Positions 39,401 to 51,083 are shown, numbered from the stretch's first letter. The stretch is 64,000 nt of DNA from Lingula anatina (GCA_051362555.1 CM120643.1:27904848-27968847); one strand, 5' to 3'. A program made the numbers and translations. Notes: generated by a model not told the origin, from the sequence alone.

Positions 39401-40377
39401 TCTGCCGGTTTGGAGTTCCATATCAGATTCATACCGACCGTGGCAGGAATTTTGAGTCAAATTTGATTGCTGATGTATGCTCCCTTCTGCACATACGGAA
39501 GACAAGAACCACACCATTCAGGCCTCAGAGTGACGGACTGGTAGAGCGATTTAACCGGACTATCGGGGTGATGTTGAAAGCATTTACTTCAGAACACCAG
39601 AGAGACTGGGACGAGTATCTCCCATACCTGCTTCTAGCTTATCGTTCCACCGTGCATGAAAGCACTGATATGACACCTAACATGCTTATGTTAGGTCGAG
39701 AAGTTACTATGCCGGTCGACCTGACCCTGCCATCCACTATCGAAGAGGAAGATCAGGACTTAACCGAATATGCTTGGAAACTGAAAGAGAGGATGGTATC
39801 TTCCTTTGAAACAGCCCGCATCCATTTGAGACAGGCAGCAAAAAGGCAGAAAAAGTACTATGACCGCACGGCCCGTGAGGAGAACCATAGTCCCGGTGAC
39901 TTTGTTTGGCTTTATTGTCCCAACAGAAAGAAAGGACTGTCACCCAAGTTACAGTGTCAGTGGCAAGGCCCGTTTACAGTCACACATAGAATTAGCGACG
40001 CTGTATACAAAGTTCAGAAAGGGCCACATTCTAAGAGCCAGACAGTGCATGGCGATCGACTGAAGAAGTATTACGGCACCCAGGTCCAAGCATGGTTTCA
40101 CCCCAAGGAAGAGTTCCAAGATTCCGGCGCTGATTTTACGGTATCATCTTCACCCACCGAGGAGATCCTTGACATAGAACCAACATCTGAAGAAGACGCA
40201 GCCGTGAAAAGTACTGCAGAAGAAATTAGACTGTCGCAAAATACCGACAATGACATGTCGGTATCTTCCTCACCCCCGGAGATGCCAGTGGAAGAGGAAC
40301 TCCCGTCTAGCGAAGGTATCAGTAGACGGCCACAGCGAAGAAGAAAAACACCGCCTTGGTTGAAAGATTTTATTTAA
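36478..40377 (+). CDS. pol: Pol polyprotein (protease, RT, RNase H, integrase) in the -1 frame relative to gag
   Basis: FLVDTGS protease, YLDD RT, TDAS/TDH RNase H, HHCC plus DDE integrase, GPF motif; frame is open from 36451 and overlaps the gag end. Confidence 0.97.
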   Translation, partial: VKLAAVGEERHRPTVENSKTSRQDDSIFLHVSLFGRNCSFLVDTGSDLTIIAERVFLQFPKGERPSVRPSTKQIQGITGTFMDLKGETTVPMSINNHKFDIPVIVADVPWEGILGMNVLRQLRCTINLQKLTVTIGEGDREEIPLITAERNGYRCCRVSFKEDTVIPPKSEMVITGQLHKSGPTLTEGITESRLKNNVHASVAYALVDLRGTSVPLRIMNKGEYPLKLGRGTVAALIKPDVASVIGNEGQVDQADAETTDQSLPAHMEPLWDKIKVNLNPTEAEKVARVLRENSDVFAKDSNDLGKTGLIKHTINTGNSHPIRQPARRIPIHRVKEADDELEKMLSQGLVEPSSSAWASPIVLVTKKDGSIRFCIDYRRLNDVTQKDAYPLPRIDETLDTLYGAKWFSTLDLMSGYHQVEMSPADKHKTAFCTRQGLFQFKVMPFGLCNAPATFERLMELILAGLHWKTCLIYLDDVIIFGSTVEQHLERLQTVLQRLRQAGLKLKPSKCSLFQKEVEYLGHIVSERGVETDPNKTRAVVDWPTPNNVSDVRSFLGLCSYYRRFVRNFTNIASPLHRLTEKDQPFIWGEDQVCAFQKLKSALSTPPVLAFPNAQAQFILDTDASHRGIGAVLSQVQDGHERVIAYASKSLSKPETRYCVTRKELLAVVHFVKYFRHYLYGRHFLIRTDHGSLRWLMNFKDPEGQWARWLQVLGEYDYTIEHRPGTKHANADSLSRRPCNQCGGQCEEEPTVVKGKSIKCCAFTPASDWVQPLSPEEILSLQLKDPVLGKLIAWKENDSRPGADEIASECSTLKKFVSQWDHLCLKNGVLYRRWQMHGHPVIQLIAPKPLRKDLFQQIHAHPTGGHLGLNRMMKALKQRCYWPYMKVDVRLWIKQCHTCGATKNPPRRVKAKLGQLPVGCTLERIAIDIKGPLHITDRGNRYIMVVSDYFTKWTEAYPIPDQESRTIAEKLVEEFICRFGVPYQIHTDRGRNFESNLIADVCSLLHIRKTRTTPFRPQSDGLVERFNRTIGVMLKAFTSEHQRDWDEYLPYLLLAYRSTVHESTDMTPNMLMLGREVTMPVDLTLPSTIEEEDQDLTEYAWKLKERMVSSFETARIHLRQAAKRQKKYYDRTAREENHSPGDFVWLYCPNRKKGLSPKLQCQWQGPFTVTHRISDAVYKVQKGPHSKSQTVHGDRLKKYYGTQVQAWFHPKEEFQDSGADFTVSSSPTEEILDIEPTSEEDAAVKSTAEEIRLSQNTDNDMSVSSSPPEMPVEEELPSSEGISRRPQRRRKTPPWLKDFI

Positions 40378-40432
40378 ATTGTTAGAACTGTTTTATTTCA
40401 CTGATTTTAATGGACTCGAGGACGAGTCCTGC

Positions 40433-40445
40433 GAGAGGAGGGGGC
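40433..40445 (+). other. Polypurine tract
   Basis: GAGAGGAGGGGG immediately before the 3' LTR. Confidence 0.85.
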
Positions 40446-40447
40446 AT

Positions 40448-41516
40448 TGTAATGAAACAAATTTTTAACAATCGTTATCAAAGTAATTCCTATCATTATG
40501 GGCCATAAAGACCCCCATGGGAGCGTCCGGTAAATATTTGGGCGTTTGTAACAATTGATTGATTCATGTGACTGGAACCATTACCCTCGTCAGCACTGTG
40601 GCCAATAATTCTGGCGAGTTACACAACATGAGCAGGACGACCTTGCGGAACAGAAGTAACGTTCTGGTGCTAACAACGTCTTTACGAGCTTACCTATACC
40701 CCTTCCCCTTTCATAGGTGAGAACGATAAAATTATCTCCTTACACAGAGCCCACCTCACGCTGGGTGAAGATACCACGGAAGAGACACAGAGGATACTAC
40801 TCGTTCGAGGTACCGATTGAGGGAGTTTCTACTCCCTCTGGCAGGTTCACTGGGGCGGTTGGTCGAATCTGATGGGACAAGGCTACGCTCGAGGCTCCGA
40901 TTGAGAAAGTTTCTACTTTCTCTGGCAGGTTCACTGGGGCGGTTGATTGTTGGTTAGTTAGAAAGAGTGATACGTTGGCAGGAGTACCAACGACAGGGAA
41001 AATCTCCGTCAGATTCTCCCGACAGGCTTTGCGTAGCAACGAAGGCCTGAGTTACGTTGGCTGGGGCACCAACGACGAGGGAAATATCTCCCGTGTAGAG
41101 TAGGCAGACCTTAGGCAGGAGGTCGATTAGGACAAGCGATACGTTGGCTGGGGGCACCAACGTTAAGGGATATCTCAGTCAGATTATCCCGACAGGGTCA
41201 GCGTAGCTACGGGACCCTAGGTTACCGTCGGCAGGAATAATTCCGAAGTGAAGCCCACCAGTACCAGTACGATGTTAACCGATGCCTACACCTCCTAGGA
41301 TTATTGACTTTACCTAGTAGCACCCTGGATTATGCATTTATATTAAACTCTTCATCAGTATCATTTGAATTATATCTGGACACATTGAACTTTTTCTTTT
41401 ATTGCCTCCTTACAAACTTCGTTGGATTTAAATAAAACTGTTTATTGACAAAAAGAACTGTTTCTTGGGATTGAACTTTTATTAGCACGCTACCTTTAGA
41501 CTCAAAAACCGCTACA
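40448..41516 (+). repeat. 3' LTR (1069 bp)
   Basis: Direct repeat of 34109-35177, followed by TSD ATAC. Confidence 0.97.
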
Positions 41517-42144
41517 ATACTATTCAAATGCCATTCGATAATTTTCCACTTGGAATGCACTTCGAAAGTTTTTAACATTCAGGCCGGCCATAAGAATGGG
41601 TAAAAATATTTGGAATGTACTCGGAATTTTTAGAATGCTCTTCGAATATCCAGGAACGCACAAAAAATTGTCTTTCCGACGGCATTCTTGCTCATTCAGC
41701 CTCTAGTCTGACGGGGGTATGATCAAGAATTGCAAGAACTGACTACGATTATATACGAATCTGTTTAGAACTTCACGAATCCTGAAATTTGTCAATTCCT
41801 GGCGATTCGTGGGTTTCGTGGTCTGTGTGAAATAGGGGCATAACTCGAAAGCATCGCGAATTGCGAATAGCGATATCACCTTTTTTATTTGGGGTGAGTA
41901 TGGGCTAGTTACGGAATCGAGACGCTTGCACTCGGTCGCAATGCACGATGCTTTCGAGTTACGGGGCCCTTGTGTCACATTAAAATCACGTCACTAAATC
42001 AAGGGACAAGCAAGGTCCAGTCACCACGCCGTATCAAGGTGAATGGTTGCACTTATACTGGAATACTGAAGCACAACGTTAAAAATGCTGATGCAGTCGT
42101 TTAATCTTACCATGTTATAAGCCCCTCTTCTTTACCTGCCAAAT

Positions 42145-45100
42145 TCAGGCGTTTTCAGACGAATTTTCCTCTTCTAGCTGGTCTTCAGCTGATCTCTTAT
42201 TCTTCGGGCATATGCAGAAAGAGTATATTCGTTCAGTGAATCTGAAAAGTATAAAAGGTTCTGACTCTTTTAATGCATATTTCTCCTATATTCCATTTAA
42301 ATAATAATGAAACGTAATTTATCTACGCGTTTACCGAAAATTGGTGTAAACTACAAGTGCTAAATATTTATCTTGAAATAAAGTAGAATGCATTTTTCTA
42401 TCCAAAATTGAAGACAAATTGGTGTTTATAATATTAAAGCATTATTTTATGATGATAATAATAATTAGAGAAACACAGAGAATACACACTGCCAAAACAT
42501 CTCAATTCACATTATTATTAGTTGTTAACTAAACAATCCGTATATAGATCACCACCAAAATCTAACAGTTTCTGAAAATATCAGCAAATTCCGTCCATAT
42601 TTTTATATCATGCTGCTAACAAAAAATGAGAAAGACAGGTAATCGGAACCAAAAATAGGATCCTCTTGGTGAAGGTAAAAAAAATAGGTCTAACCCTCAA
42701 GGTCTATTTCAGGCTAGGGTAAACCACCATGAAAGGAAGTTATATCGTTATATTTCGTGGTCAGATATATAATTATGACACTTTTCTATATCTATAGTGC
42801 CTGGATATATATATATATTAGATACTAACTCATGGGTGTTATGGCCAAAGAACACTGGGCCGCAATCTTTCCTACACCCGCCGTCGCAAGCACAACCGAA
42901 AAGGTTACACTCTCCGTTTCCGCAGAATGGAGCTGCCTGAAACACCAAAGACGCTTTATAGTCTAGATGACTGGTGCAAAAATTGCTCAAAAGCTGGAAA
43001 AAGCATGAAATGTTTTATGGACTATGCTGATCATTTTCAAGCAATTTTAAAGCGTTGCTTAGCAACCGTTGCTAAGGAAGTTATTTACCTTAGTAACAAG
43101 CTAATTGGACCTTTCTTGTTCAGTTTAAATGATTTAAAAAGGCTTTTAATAATGTTTCAAGCTATCATAACTATCTCTTTAATATTTGTAGCCATTAAAA
43201 GCCTAAGTAAACCCTTGCAACAGTTGCTAGGCAGCATATTACTCTAGCAATAATTTAAGTATTTAACATTATATATTTAATAATTTATATTTATATATTT
43301 AATAATTATTAAAATTATATATATAGCTTTTTACATATTCTCCAGTTCCTTTCCATATTTTTGTTCCCATTCTACATATACTTACACGTTTCTTAATTAT
43401 TAAGATAGGTACATAAATATTGTATGCTTGCACAAACCCAAATACAAATATCTCCGGAGATCTATCAATGACCACACCTAAATTATCTTTAGCGGGGCAA
43501 ATGATGCACATCCAAACATTTTTTACATGTGAACAATCCCAAAAAACATACAGAATATTTCCGTAGCGGTACTGCAAAATTCCCAAATTCATAAGATAAA
43601 CATAAGTATTGAATAGTCTATGATTTATTCTGAATTGGATCAACTTCACTTTCGTGTGATCTGTTTCTTAAATGTTATTTCCCAAATATCAGTACTCAAG
43701 GTTTTTTTTTTAAATATGTCTGCCATTCACCTACACCTTTATCTAGTGATATTATATGGCTTTGGAGGATTTTTTGCGAAAAAAATCTGGATGGTTTGGT
43801 AACTTGTTTAATTGAGTCAATTATTTCTTGGAATGCTATGTGTAATTTCCTTCCATGGAAAGAGCCATTCAGATGGTAAGTTCTTTCGAATTCTGCATTA
43901 GCCCAGAAAGTTAGTGTTAAGGTTGATTTTTTGTTGAGTTCCTCTAGAGAGAGTGGATTTCAAATGTCATTTATAATATCATTGATATAAAAAATAGTTT
44001 TTCAATTTCTTTCAATTTTTGAGTTTTGACATAATGGTTGTGACAGGATTTCATCTGGGGTTAAATTGGGATTTTCCTGAATTTCAATCAAAGAACCAAT
44101 AATCTTTGCCAAAAGGGATTAGTAGTTGCTTTTAGTATTTTTAATCCACCTTTTGTAACTACCGATTCCTGACATTTCGCCGAGAAAAACGCTTTCCACT
44201 TACTCTTATTTTCTTTATAAAGAAGTCTTTTAAGACATGTAAAGATTAGGGCCTTAGTAAAATTTTTATTTGCGGTACCTTTTACCGTCCATTTTTGTAA
44301 TCAGACGCCATCCTTGCTCATTTTATTTTTCATCTTTTCCCATTCCTCATAAAGTTAAAAATGATATGCATATTTTAAAGTATTGAGGGAGGGGGGGGTA
44401 GGAGAATTTATACATTCACTACGTAAGATGTGAAATAATAAAGGTTTAACCACTGTTGACTTTCCAGATTTCCAAGATATTTTTTATTTTGTTCAATATT
44501 TTCTAACAAGTTTTTTCACATTGTATTTTGTCAGTTTCTATTCTCTACCAAGTAACTTAAATACACCTTCATGGTTCTATTTTAATTCTTTTTTTTAATC
44601 AATGAAGTTCAAAAGTTTCTGTTCACACCCAAAGGCCGTTAGATGCCATATCTTACTTCCACCAAGGCTGCTCTACAACAATATAAGAGTATTCTTGCGA
44701 GATGAACATATCTGAATCAGCACTACGGTGCCATGTCATCAGATACCATGTGCTCACTCTGGTTGGACTTGTGCGGAACAGTGGACCCTTGTGGACACAT
44801 TTGCCAGAAGCTATTGACCTGCCCAGAGTTGCCCCAGTGTGCATGTAGGTTTTATAAAGAGTCGTAAGGTGATAAAAGAATGGAAATGACTAACTTTGAA
44901 TTCGCACATGCTGCCTTGCGGCAATGTTTTTGATCGGATGTGTGTAAACATCACACAGTTTTTTCAACTTACTGGATTAAAAGTATGAATATCTTGCTCA
45001 AAAGTGTAGTTCTTAGCTAGTATTATAGATTTGCCTTACTTAATAGACTAACGCAGCTTTGAATGCTTGTTGCTAGGGTAATATGCTACCTAGACACTGA

Positions 45101-46407
45101 GTCTAAGTCTAGTGATAGTACTGATGCCCTGAAATATAGTTATTAGCATTACTAAACCATTTAAACTGGACAAGAAAGGTCTAATTATAGCTTGTTACTA
45201 AAGAAATTCACTTCCATAGCAACGGTTGCTAAGCAACGCTTTGAAATTTTGGGCACTGCCCTTGAAAATGATCAGCATAGTCCAAAGAACTAAGTGCCAA
45301 GTTTCATGCTTTTTCCACATTTTGAGCAATTTGGCCAATATATAGCACCAGTCAGCCAGACTAATATACAGGTACACATGAACGGTGAATGGCAGTACGG
45401 TTCCCATATGATTCGCACAGGTGGGGCGCTGAAGTAAGTGTCTGGTTTCTAGTTTCAAGTTCCGTTTTTCAAAAACGAACCTGGCAACCAGAAACTAGTG
45501 TCGTTTTTCAAGCGGACTACCATTCACCTCACACCGGTAGCTTTGACTTGGTAACGTCTCAAATGTGTATTTTAAAATCCTTTACACTGGGCGGCGTCCT
45601 TACTGCGTTCTGTGTGCAACCATGAAACTGGCATCGTTGTGGTCGTAAAAAGGAGGCACAAACATCGCTTTGGTTGCAAAATTAATGTTCAATGATTGGC
45701 CTCTTGTGGGCACGTAAAGTGTTATTGTTTTTTTCTCTCAAACAAGGCGGTACTACGGGACTCAGAAAGGACGCCGTCCAGTGTTAAAAGGGGCTTAATT
45801 AACGATGACTAAACTAAAAATCTGTTCAAAGTGATATTCAAAGTAATGCCGATATAGTTATTTGATGGTGAAAAGACAGATTTCAAACACAAAATCAATG
45901 GGCATAAATTTTACCACTGTATGCTTACAATAACCACGTTAGCGGTGGAAGGTGAGTGCGTTGAAAAAATCACAAAGTTTAAAGGGATAATAACTCTTCG
46001 TATGAAATCTATATTTCACAATTAAAACATCGTAAACAACTCATAGAAATAAAATATATTCTGTTTTACTACAAAAACGGCAGTTATAGATATTATTCTG
46101 ACATCTGAGCTTGTCATCAGACCACGTGACCTCCACATATGGCTATACACTGAAACCATCTCTTAAGAGATTATAACATAAAACCAAACTTTTAAGAAAA
46201 AAAAAACAAAAAAACAAGGACTATCTTTGAATGTAGAAATGGATCTTGGACGACTAGACGACAAAAGGTCCATGAATTTTTTCTAACCTTTGTACAGTCC
46301 GAACACCAGCCGATCTCAACCGCTTTACAGCACACTGCCTGGGTTTCTTTAACCACAGTCACTGTCACCATGGCAACGGCAAGTAAGGTGACGAAATAGC
46401 CAGCCAT
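42145..46407 (-). CDS. Mytimycin/Diedel-like 12-Cys prepropeptide, copy C (107 aa)
   Basis: Exons 46407-46288, 42936-42830, 42241-42145 (phases 0, 2). Protein MAGYFVTLLAVAMVTVTVVKETQA-VCCKAVEIGWCSDCTKAAPFCGNGECNLFGCACDGGCRKDCGPVFFGHNTHEFTERIYSFCICPKN-KR-SAEDQLEEENSSENA*. Confidence 0.9.
42959..45363. mobile_element. Long-TIR element (TAG..CTA termini, Academ-like) in intron 1 of copy C
   Basis: TAGTCTAGATGACTGGTGC / GCACCAGTCAGCCAGACTA with ~290-bp inverted arms (42959-43250 vs 45060-45363); only the right arm survives in copy B (27350-27719). Confidence 0.6.
43260..44560 (-). pseudogene. Degraded L1/Tx1-type LINE 3' fragment
   Basis: ORF 43299-43649 IQFRINHRL...YVFWDCSHVKNVW resembles the zf-RVT end of L1/Tx1 ORF2; A-rich minus strand with many stops. 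Confidence 0.6.
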
Positions 46408-49400
46408 CGCCTGAAATCATCCAACAAATGGACGCTGTTCAAGTGTACCGTTAAGACTGTTATTTTAGAAGGAAAGACTAAAAACTTTGAAAGCTGTTTT
46501 TTTTTCGACAGCTGAGTTTTCAAAATCATGATAATAAAAGTTAGAATATCCAGATATGAATTGAAAAAGAAAATGTTTACAATGCACATGTGCTCTCAAA
46601 TGGATGTCAAACAATCTTCAAAAACAATGAAAATATTTCATGTGCAGTATTCCTAGGTCATGCATTGCTATGCAAGACAGTACATATACAGAATATGCAC
46701 TGTTCTACGCCTTAAATCTTTACACCCAACAACCGCAAGAAAAATACGACCCAAACTACGTGTACTTTTCTGAATTTTATATAATTTGTCTGGGGATTAA
46801 ATCAGCTACGACAGAGAATGGAAAAATCATCTAAAATAATCTCAAAATCCGGATCCGATGGTTTAATTCACTCCGAAAACTCACGTTTTCTGTTGTTTTT
46901 TTTTTTACACTTAATACACCAATAACATATTTGAGACAGTGACCGTAAAAATGCAAAGGCTAACCTTTCAAATAACTTAAAACTTACCGGTGAGAAAAGC
47001 TTCAGAATGTCGAGAGTGGAGCTGCGAAAACTGCTGAACACAAGTCTACCGGAAGTGAGACGAAAGTGGTCGCATTAGAAATCTTCAAAAGATCAACATC
47101 AGATATCAAACCCTTTTGTTTCACTGTGATATCAAACATGAAAGGAACGAGGAAAAACAAATTTCCTGCGAATATTCCGGTTGTCTGTTGGCACGTTCAA
47201 ACTTAATGCAACTTAAACCGGAAATTAACCAACTGACGTCACCAGTAAGTATTACTCAGGTTTTATTGTGTGTCTCTATGGTATCTGGTCTACGTCATTA
47301 AGACGTCTTTACGTTAGATCAGTTCTGAAAGTAGTATTTGTTGAGTTGTGTTCGTTGTTAAGTGAACGAGTCATAACAGCGATCTGCTTGTGGACATAAT
47401 TCGTATATATCAAAGTGAGGGGGTTCCGGGCGACATCCCGCACAGACTGTCACCACATGACACCGGTGACAACTCCAGATTAGTTCACCTGTAGAAGAAC
47501 TTGTGATTAGGTAAAAACGTCGTGAATTTCGTTCCAACGTTAGTTCCAGTATAAGAATTTATTTTTTATTACTCTTGCTAAAATGAAAGAATATTTTGGA
47601 AAACAGAGATAAAATTTACATTTCAAAGTTCTTTGAGAAGGCTGTCGCAAAACCTTCTATATAGCCGGCTGAAGCACTGACCAATAAACAAAGTTACGAA
47701 AGTTGACTAAACTTCTTGTTTGTTAGAATTGTGTACCTTGTATAATACAATACTTAAATAATAGGTCACGTGTACATTAATGACGTGGCCACTGGGGTTT
47801 GCAGGTGCAAAGCAGTTTTGTTCTGCATATTTGAAGGGTGTCCGCAATGCTTTCACTCCAAGCATGTAGGAGAAATTGGTAATATTTGTGAATGTAGTGT
47901 TTTGCACGAAAACAAAAGGATAGAAAGACACTAAAGGCACTGTCTGCAGTGGCGGATTTAGGAGGTATGCCAGGGGGTCCTGATCCCCCCTTGGTTTCCT
48001 TAAAAATCACACCAACGGCTCCCACTTGAAATTAGAATTTTGACCTGCTGAATCATAGTTTTAACCCATACCATATGGCACAGTTCGCCCTCTAAAATAC
48101 TTTCAGCGGGCCTCGAACCCCACGCCAAGGGGGTGGGTGGGGTGGGGGAGGGTCAGGTTGGCATCCGTGGCCTGTCATTCCTAAAAGCTAAACCCCCCTT
48201 CAAATAATCCTGGATCCGCCTCTGGTCTGTAATAGCATTCAGTGGCATAGCACAAGGCAGTATACGCAATAAGGCATCATCATTGGTCGTACACGTGAAA
48301 CCACAGCCAGGTATGTCCGAATACCTTACAAAATAAATGTCCAGGACGACTAAAAACTCGTAGATATGTCATCTGTTGTGGTACTTCAACAAATGATAAT
48401 AATAATACAATACCAGAAACAGAATCTGTTTTTTTGTATTTCTGACAATCACGCAGAATGAGTTATCCATCTACAAGTCCTAAATACATTAAAAAGCATT
48501 ATTTTAATCCTTGTCTATAACTTCTGACAAAGAGAGCACTTGTCCTTAGTTTAACCAGTGTTGTCAATTTAGAGTGGTCTGTTAAAACGTAAAAGCAGAT
48601 GCTCTTTTATAGATGTATGTACATGTAGTTTAACCTTCTGAACGTTCTGAAGGCACACGATTCGTCTTGGGACAGCAGGAAGATAACCATGTCTTTTTTC
48701 TTCTTGAAATCATTTACGAACTTCAGTTAATCACTCGATGTTTTCATGTTTCATTCAACCCTGCTACTTCTACGTGCAAAGGTTCATTTGTTCACATTTT
48801 GCTTAAAAAATATGCTTTTAATATTTTCCATTAATGATCTTATTACTCAGGCCGTATTTTTAAAAGGATTTTATCGGATATGATGACTCTTTTCATCCAT
48901 ACCTGTTATAATTCTTCCGAAAATTATAAGGAAAGAATAAGAATAATAGGTGTACTGAAACTGTAGTGAATAGAAATGTATGCGAAAAAAGCTCGTTATA
49001 TTTCCACACTATTTGCCAGCTTGATAGCAGGCTTAAAGCTTAGACCTGGATGCCTTTAATGTGGCATACAGGCTATACCTATCTATGCAATATACTGGTA
49101 GTTCAAAACAACTTCAAAGGTCTTCATCAAATGACATAAATTATAAACACTGTGAGACAAATGAATTGCTTGACGCTTGTTGAATGGAAATAAAAACAAA
49201 GCAGCAAAGCTGTCAAATGTACAGACAAAGAGCAGAAAATAAAGATGACGGAAAAGGTCATTTTGTTAGTTGTGATGTCAAAATAAATATTGCTTATAAA
49301 AGCACGGTCAATCAACACTAAATTTTTATCATTCAAATCAGGCAATACGGTCAATACGATTACAGTGTCAGGACTATGAGAGTTCAAATTCACATATTGA

Positions 49401-50813
49401 AAATCCCACTATGTGAAAAATGATGACAGTGCATAAAATATTATTACATAATGTTTAAAGATATAAACACCGAAACTATTACTTATGTGGAAATACAGAA
49501 AATGTACAGATATTCAGGTAGATGGGAGTTAAAAGTTACATCTTGAAAATATTAGTGTTTGAAAAAAAAAATTAAAAAGAAAACACAAAATTGATAACAC
49601 ATTTCAAGGATAACAGATCGGCCTGTTGTCATGAAATTCTCAGAAGTGATCTTTCTTACTAAAATACAGGTCGAGTATCAGCTTGTTCAGGCCATTTTTA
49701 CAAAAGTTATGTTTTTTTTTTGTTGCCATATATACAACACTGATAACACATTTCTAGGAAAACCGATAAGCCTTGTGTCTTGAAAATAACTGAAGTGATC
49801 AATCTTTCTAAAATACAGGTTAAGTTTGAAAATCGGCTTGATCAGTTCAGTTTTGATGAAGTTACGCTTTTTGTGTATGTGATAGTTTTTCATCAGATTT
49901 GATTCTTAGGCATGTTAACAGTCTCATTATTGAACTAATTAGACATGTGAAAGTGTTATTTGGACATTTTCTGCATTTAACAATATTGTTAGTTGATTAT
50001 ATAAAAATGATGGTAAACCTGTTATTGTGTATTGTGTAATAAAGCGTCAAAAATGGATATAAACTAATATCACTGCAGTTTGTCATTCACTACGTTTAGT
50101 TTGGTCAGTCTGTAATTGTCCCTTGGGTAATCACCAGCTTAGTTCAGAGCTATTAAGTCACTTACCCAATTAAGTTTCAAGTGGTCATTAAATAAGATTG
50201 CATAAAACACACATGTTTTACACACAAGATTTCCCTGTAAACTCCCATAGGTTTAGCTCTCTACCAGATACAGTTTTGAAGTCTAAATTAACAGTGCCAC
50301 ATACTTAGGAATCAGTGATAATTATGCAGGTAAATGGTGTTTAATTTTGCAAATAAATTTACAAGAGAAAATTAGTTTTGTGCAATGCCAACATTAAAGC
50401 TATAGATGATTAACAGTGCCATATAATCCTCAAACTCAATGGGGTTATTTATATCATGTTAATAAAGCTAGATTAAAAGTTTGAATGGAATTGGGATATT
50501 TTTGTTGCGTATATGCTGAAAATAAGAGAAAAAACACCATTCCTTTTGAAAAAATGGCCCGATCATGCTGATTTTCGAACTCAACCTGCGTTTCATGAAT
50601 ATTCATCAGTTCTGTAAGTTTCAAACCGAAAGGTAAACGGTTTCCACTTATCGTATTATCGGTGAAAGTGCACGGTGACGGCGACGACGGCGACGACGAC
50701 AGACGCAGGTGATGGCTATATGTACAGACACACCTGTGTCTGTACATAAAAAGTCACTTATATTCGTAGTCTGTGCAGATTAGTTGGCTACCAGCAGTGA
50801 CTTTATCGCGCCT

Positions 50814-51039
50814 CTAGGTGTCCACGCACTTTACCCTTCCTCTCTCGTCTGAGGCTAAAACGAAGAGAAAAACGACTTAGAAACCACACAGAGCTCTGTC
50901 TCATTTTGTTATAATTTAGAAGCTCAGTCCTGCTGATTTAAAAGAATAATCAAGATATGAGGATTTTGCTTTAATTTTACTGATTGTATCGTCTGTAAGT
51001 TAAAAAGAGTTTCAGAGTTTGTACGATGACTGATTTTAT

Positions 51040-51083
<44 letters not shown>

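Larger units (their letters stand above)
34109..41516 (+). mobile_element. Full-length Ty3/Gypsy LTR retrotransposon, apparently intact
   Basis: TG..CA LTRs 34109-35177 and 40448-41516, 4-bp TSD ATAC, PBS, PPT, open gag and pol with PR-RT-RH-INT order. Confidence 0.98.
33641..41719. mobile_element. Third-level Harbinger-type element (~670 bp reassembled)
   Basis: TIR AGCCCCCGTCA / TGACGGGGGTA, TSD TGA; reverse complement of the uninterrupted copy at 17510-18187. Confidence 0.85.
33363..41840. mobile_element. Second-level Harbinger-type MITE (~400 bp reassembled)
   Basis: TIR TGCCCCTATTTCACACAGA / TCTGTGTGAAATAGGGGCA, TSD TAA (33360-33362, 41841-41843). Confidence 0.85.
33353..41968. mobile_element. 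Outermost MITE of the nested stack (~140 bp when reassembled)
   Basis: Left TIR GACTCCG|TAACTCGAAAGCATCG is split by an insertion; right TIR CGATGCTTTCGAGTTACGGGGCC; empty site AACCCGGTGTCAC near 17015. Confidence 0.75.
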
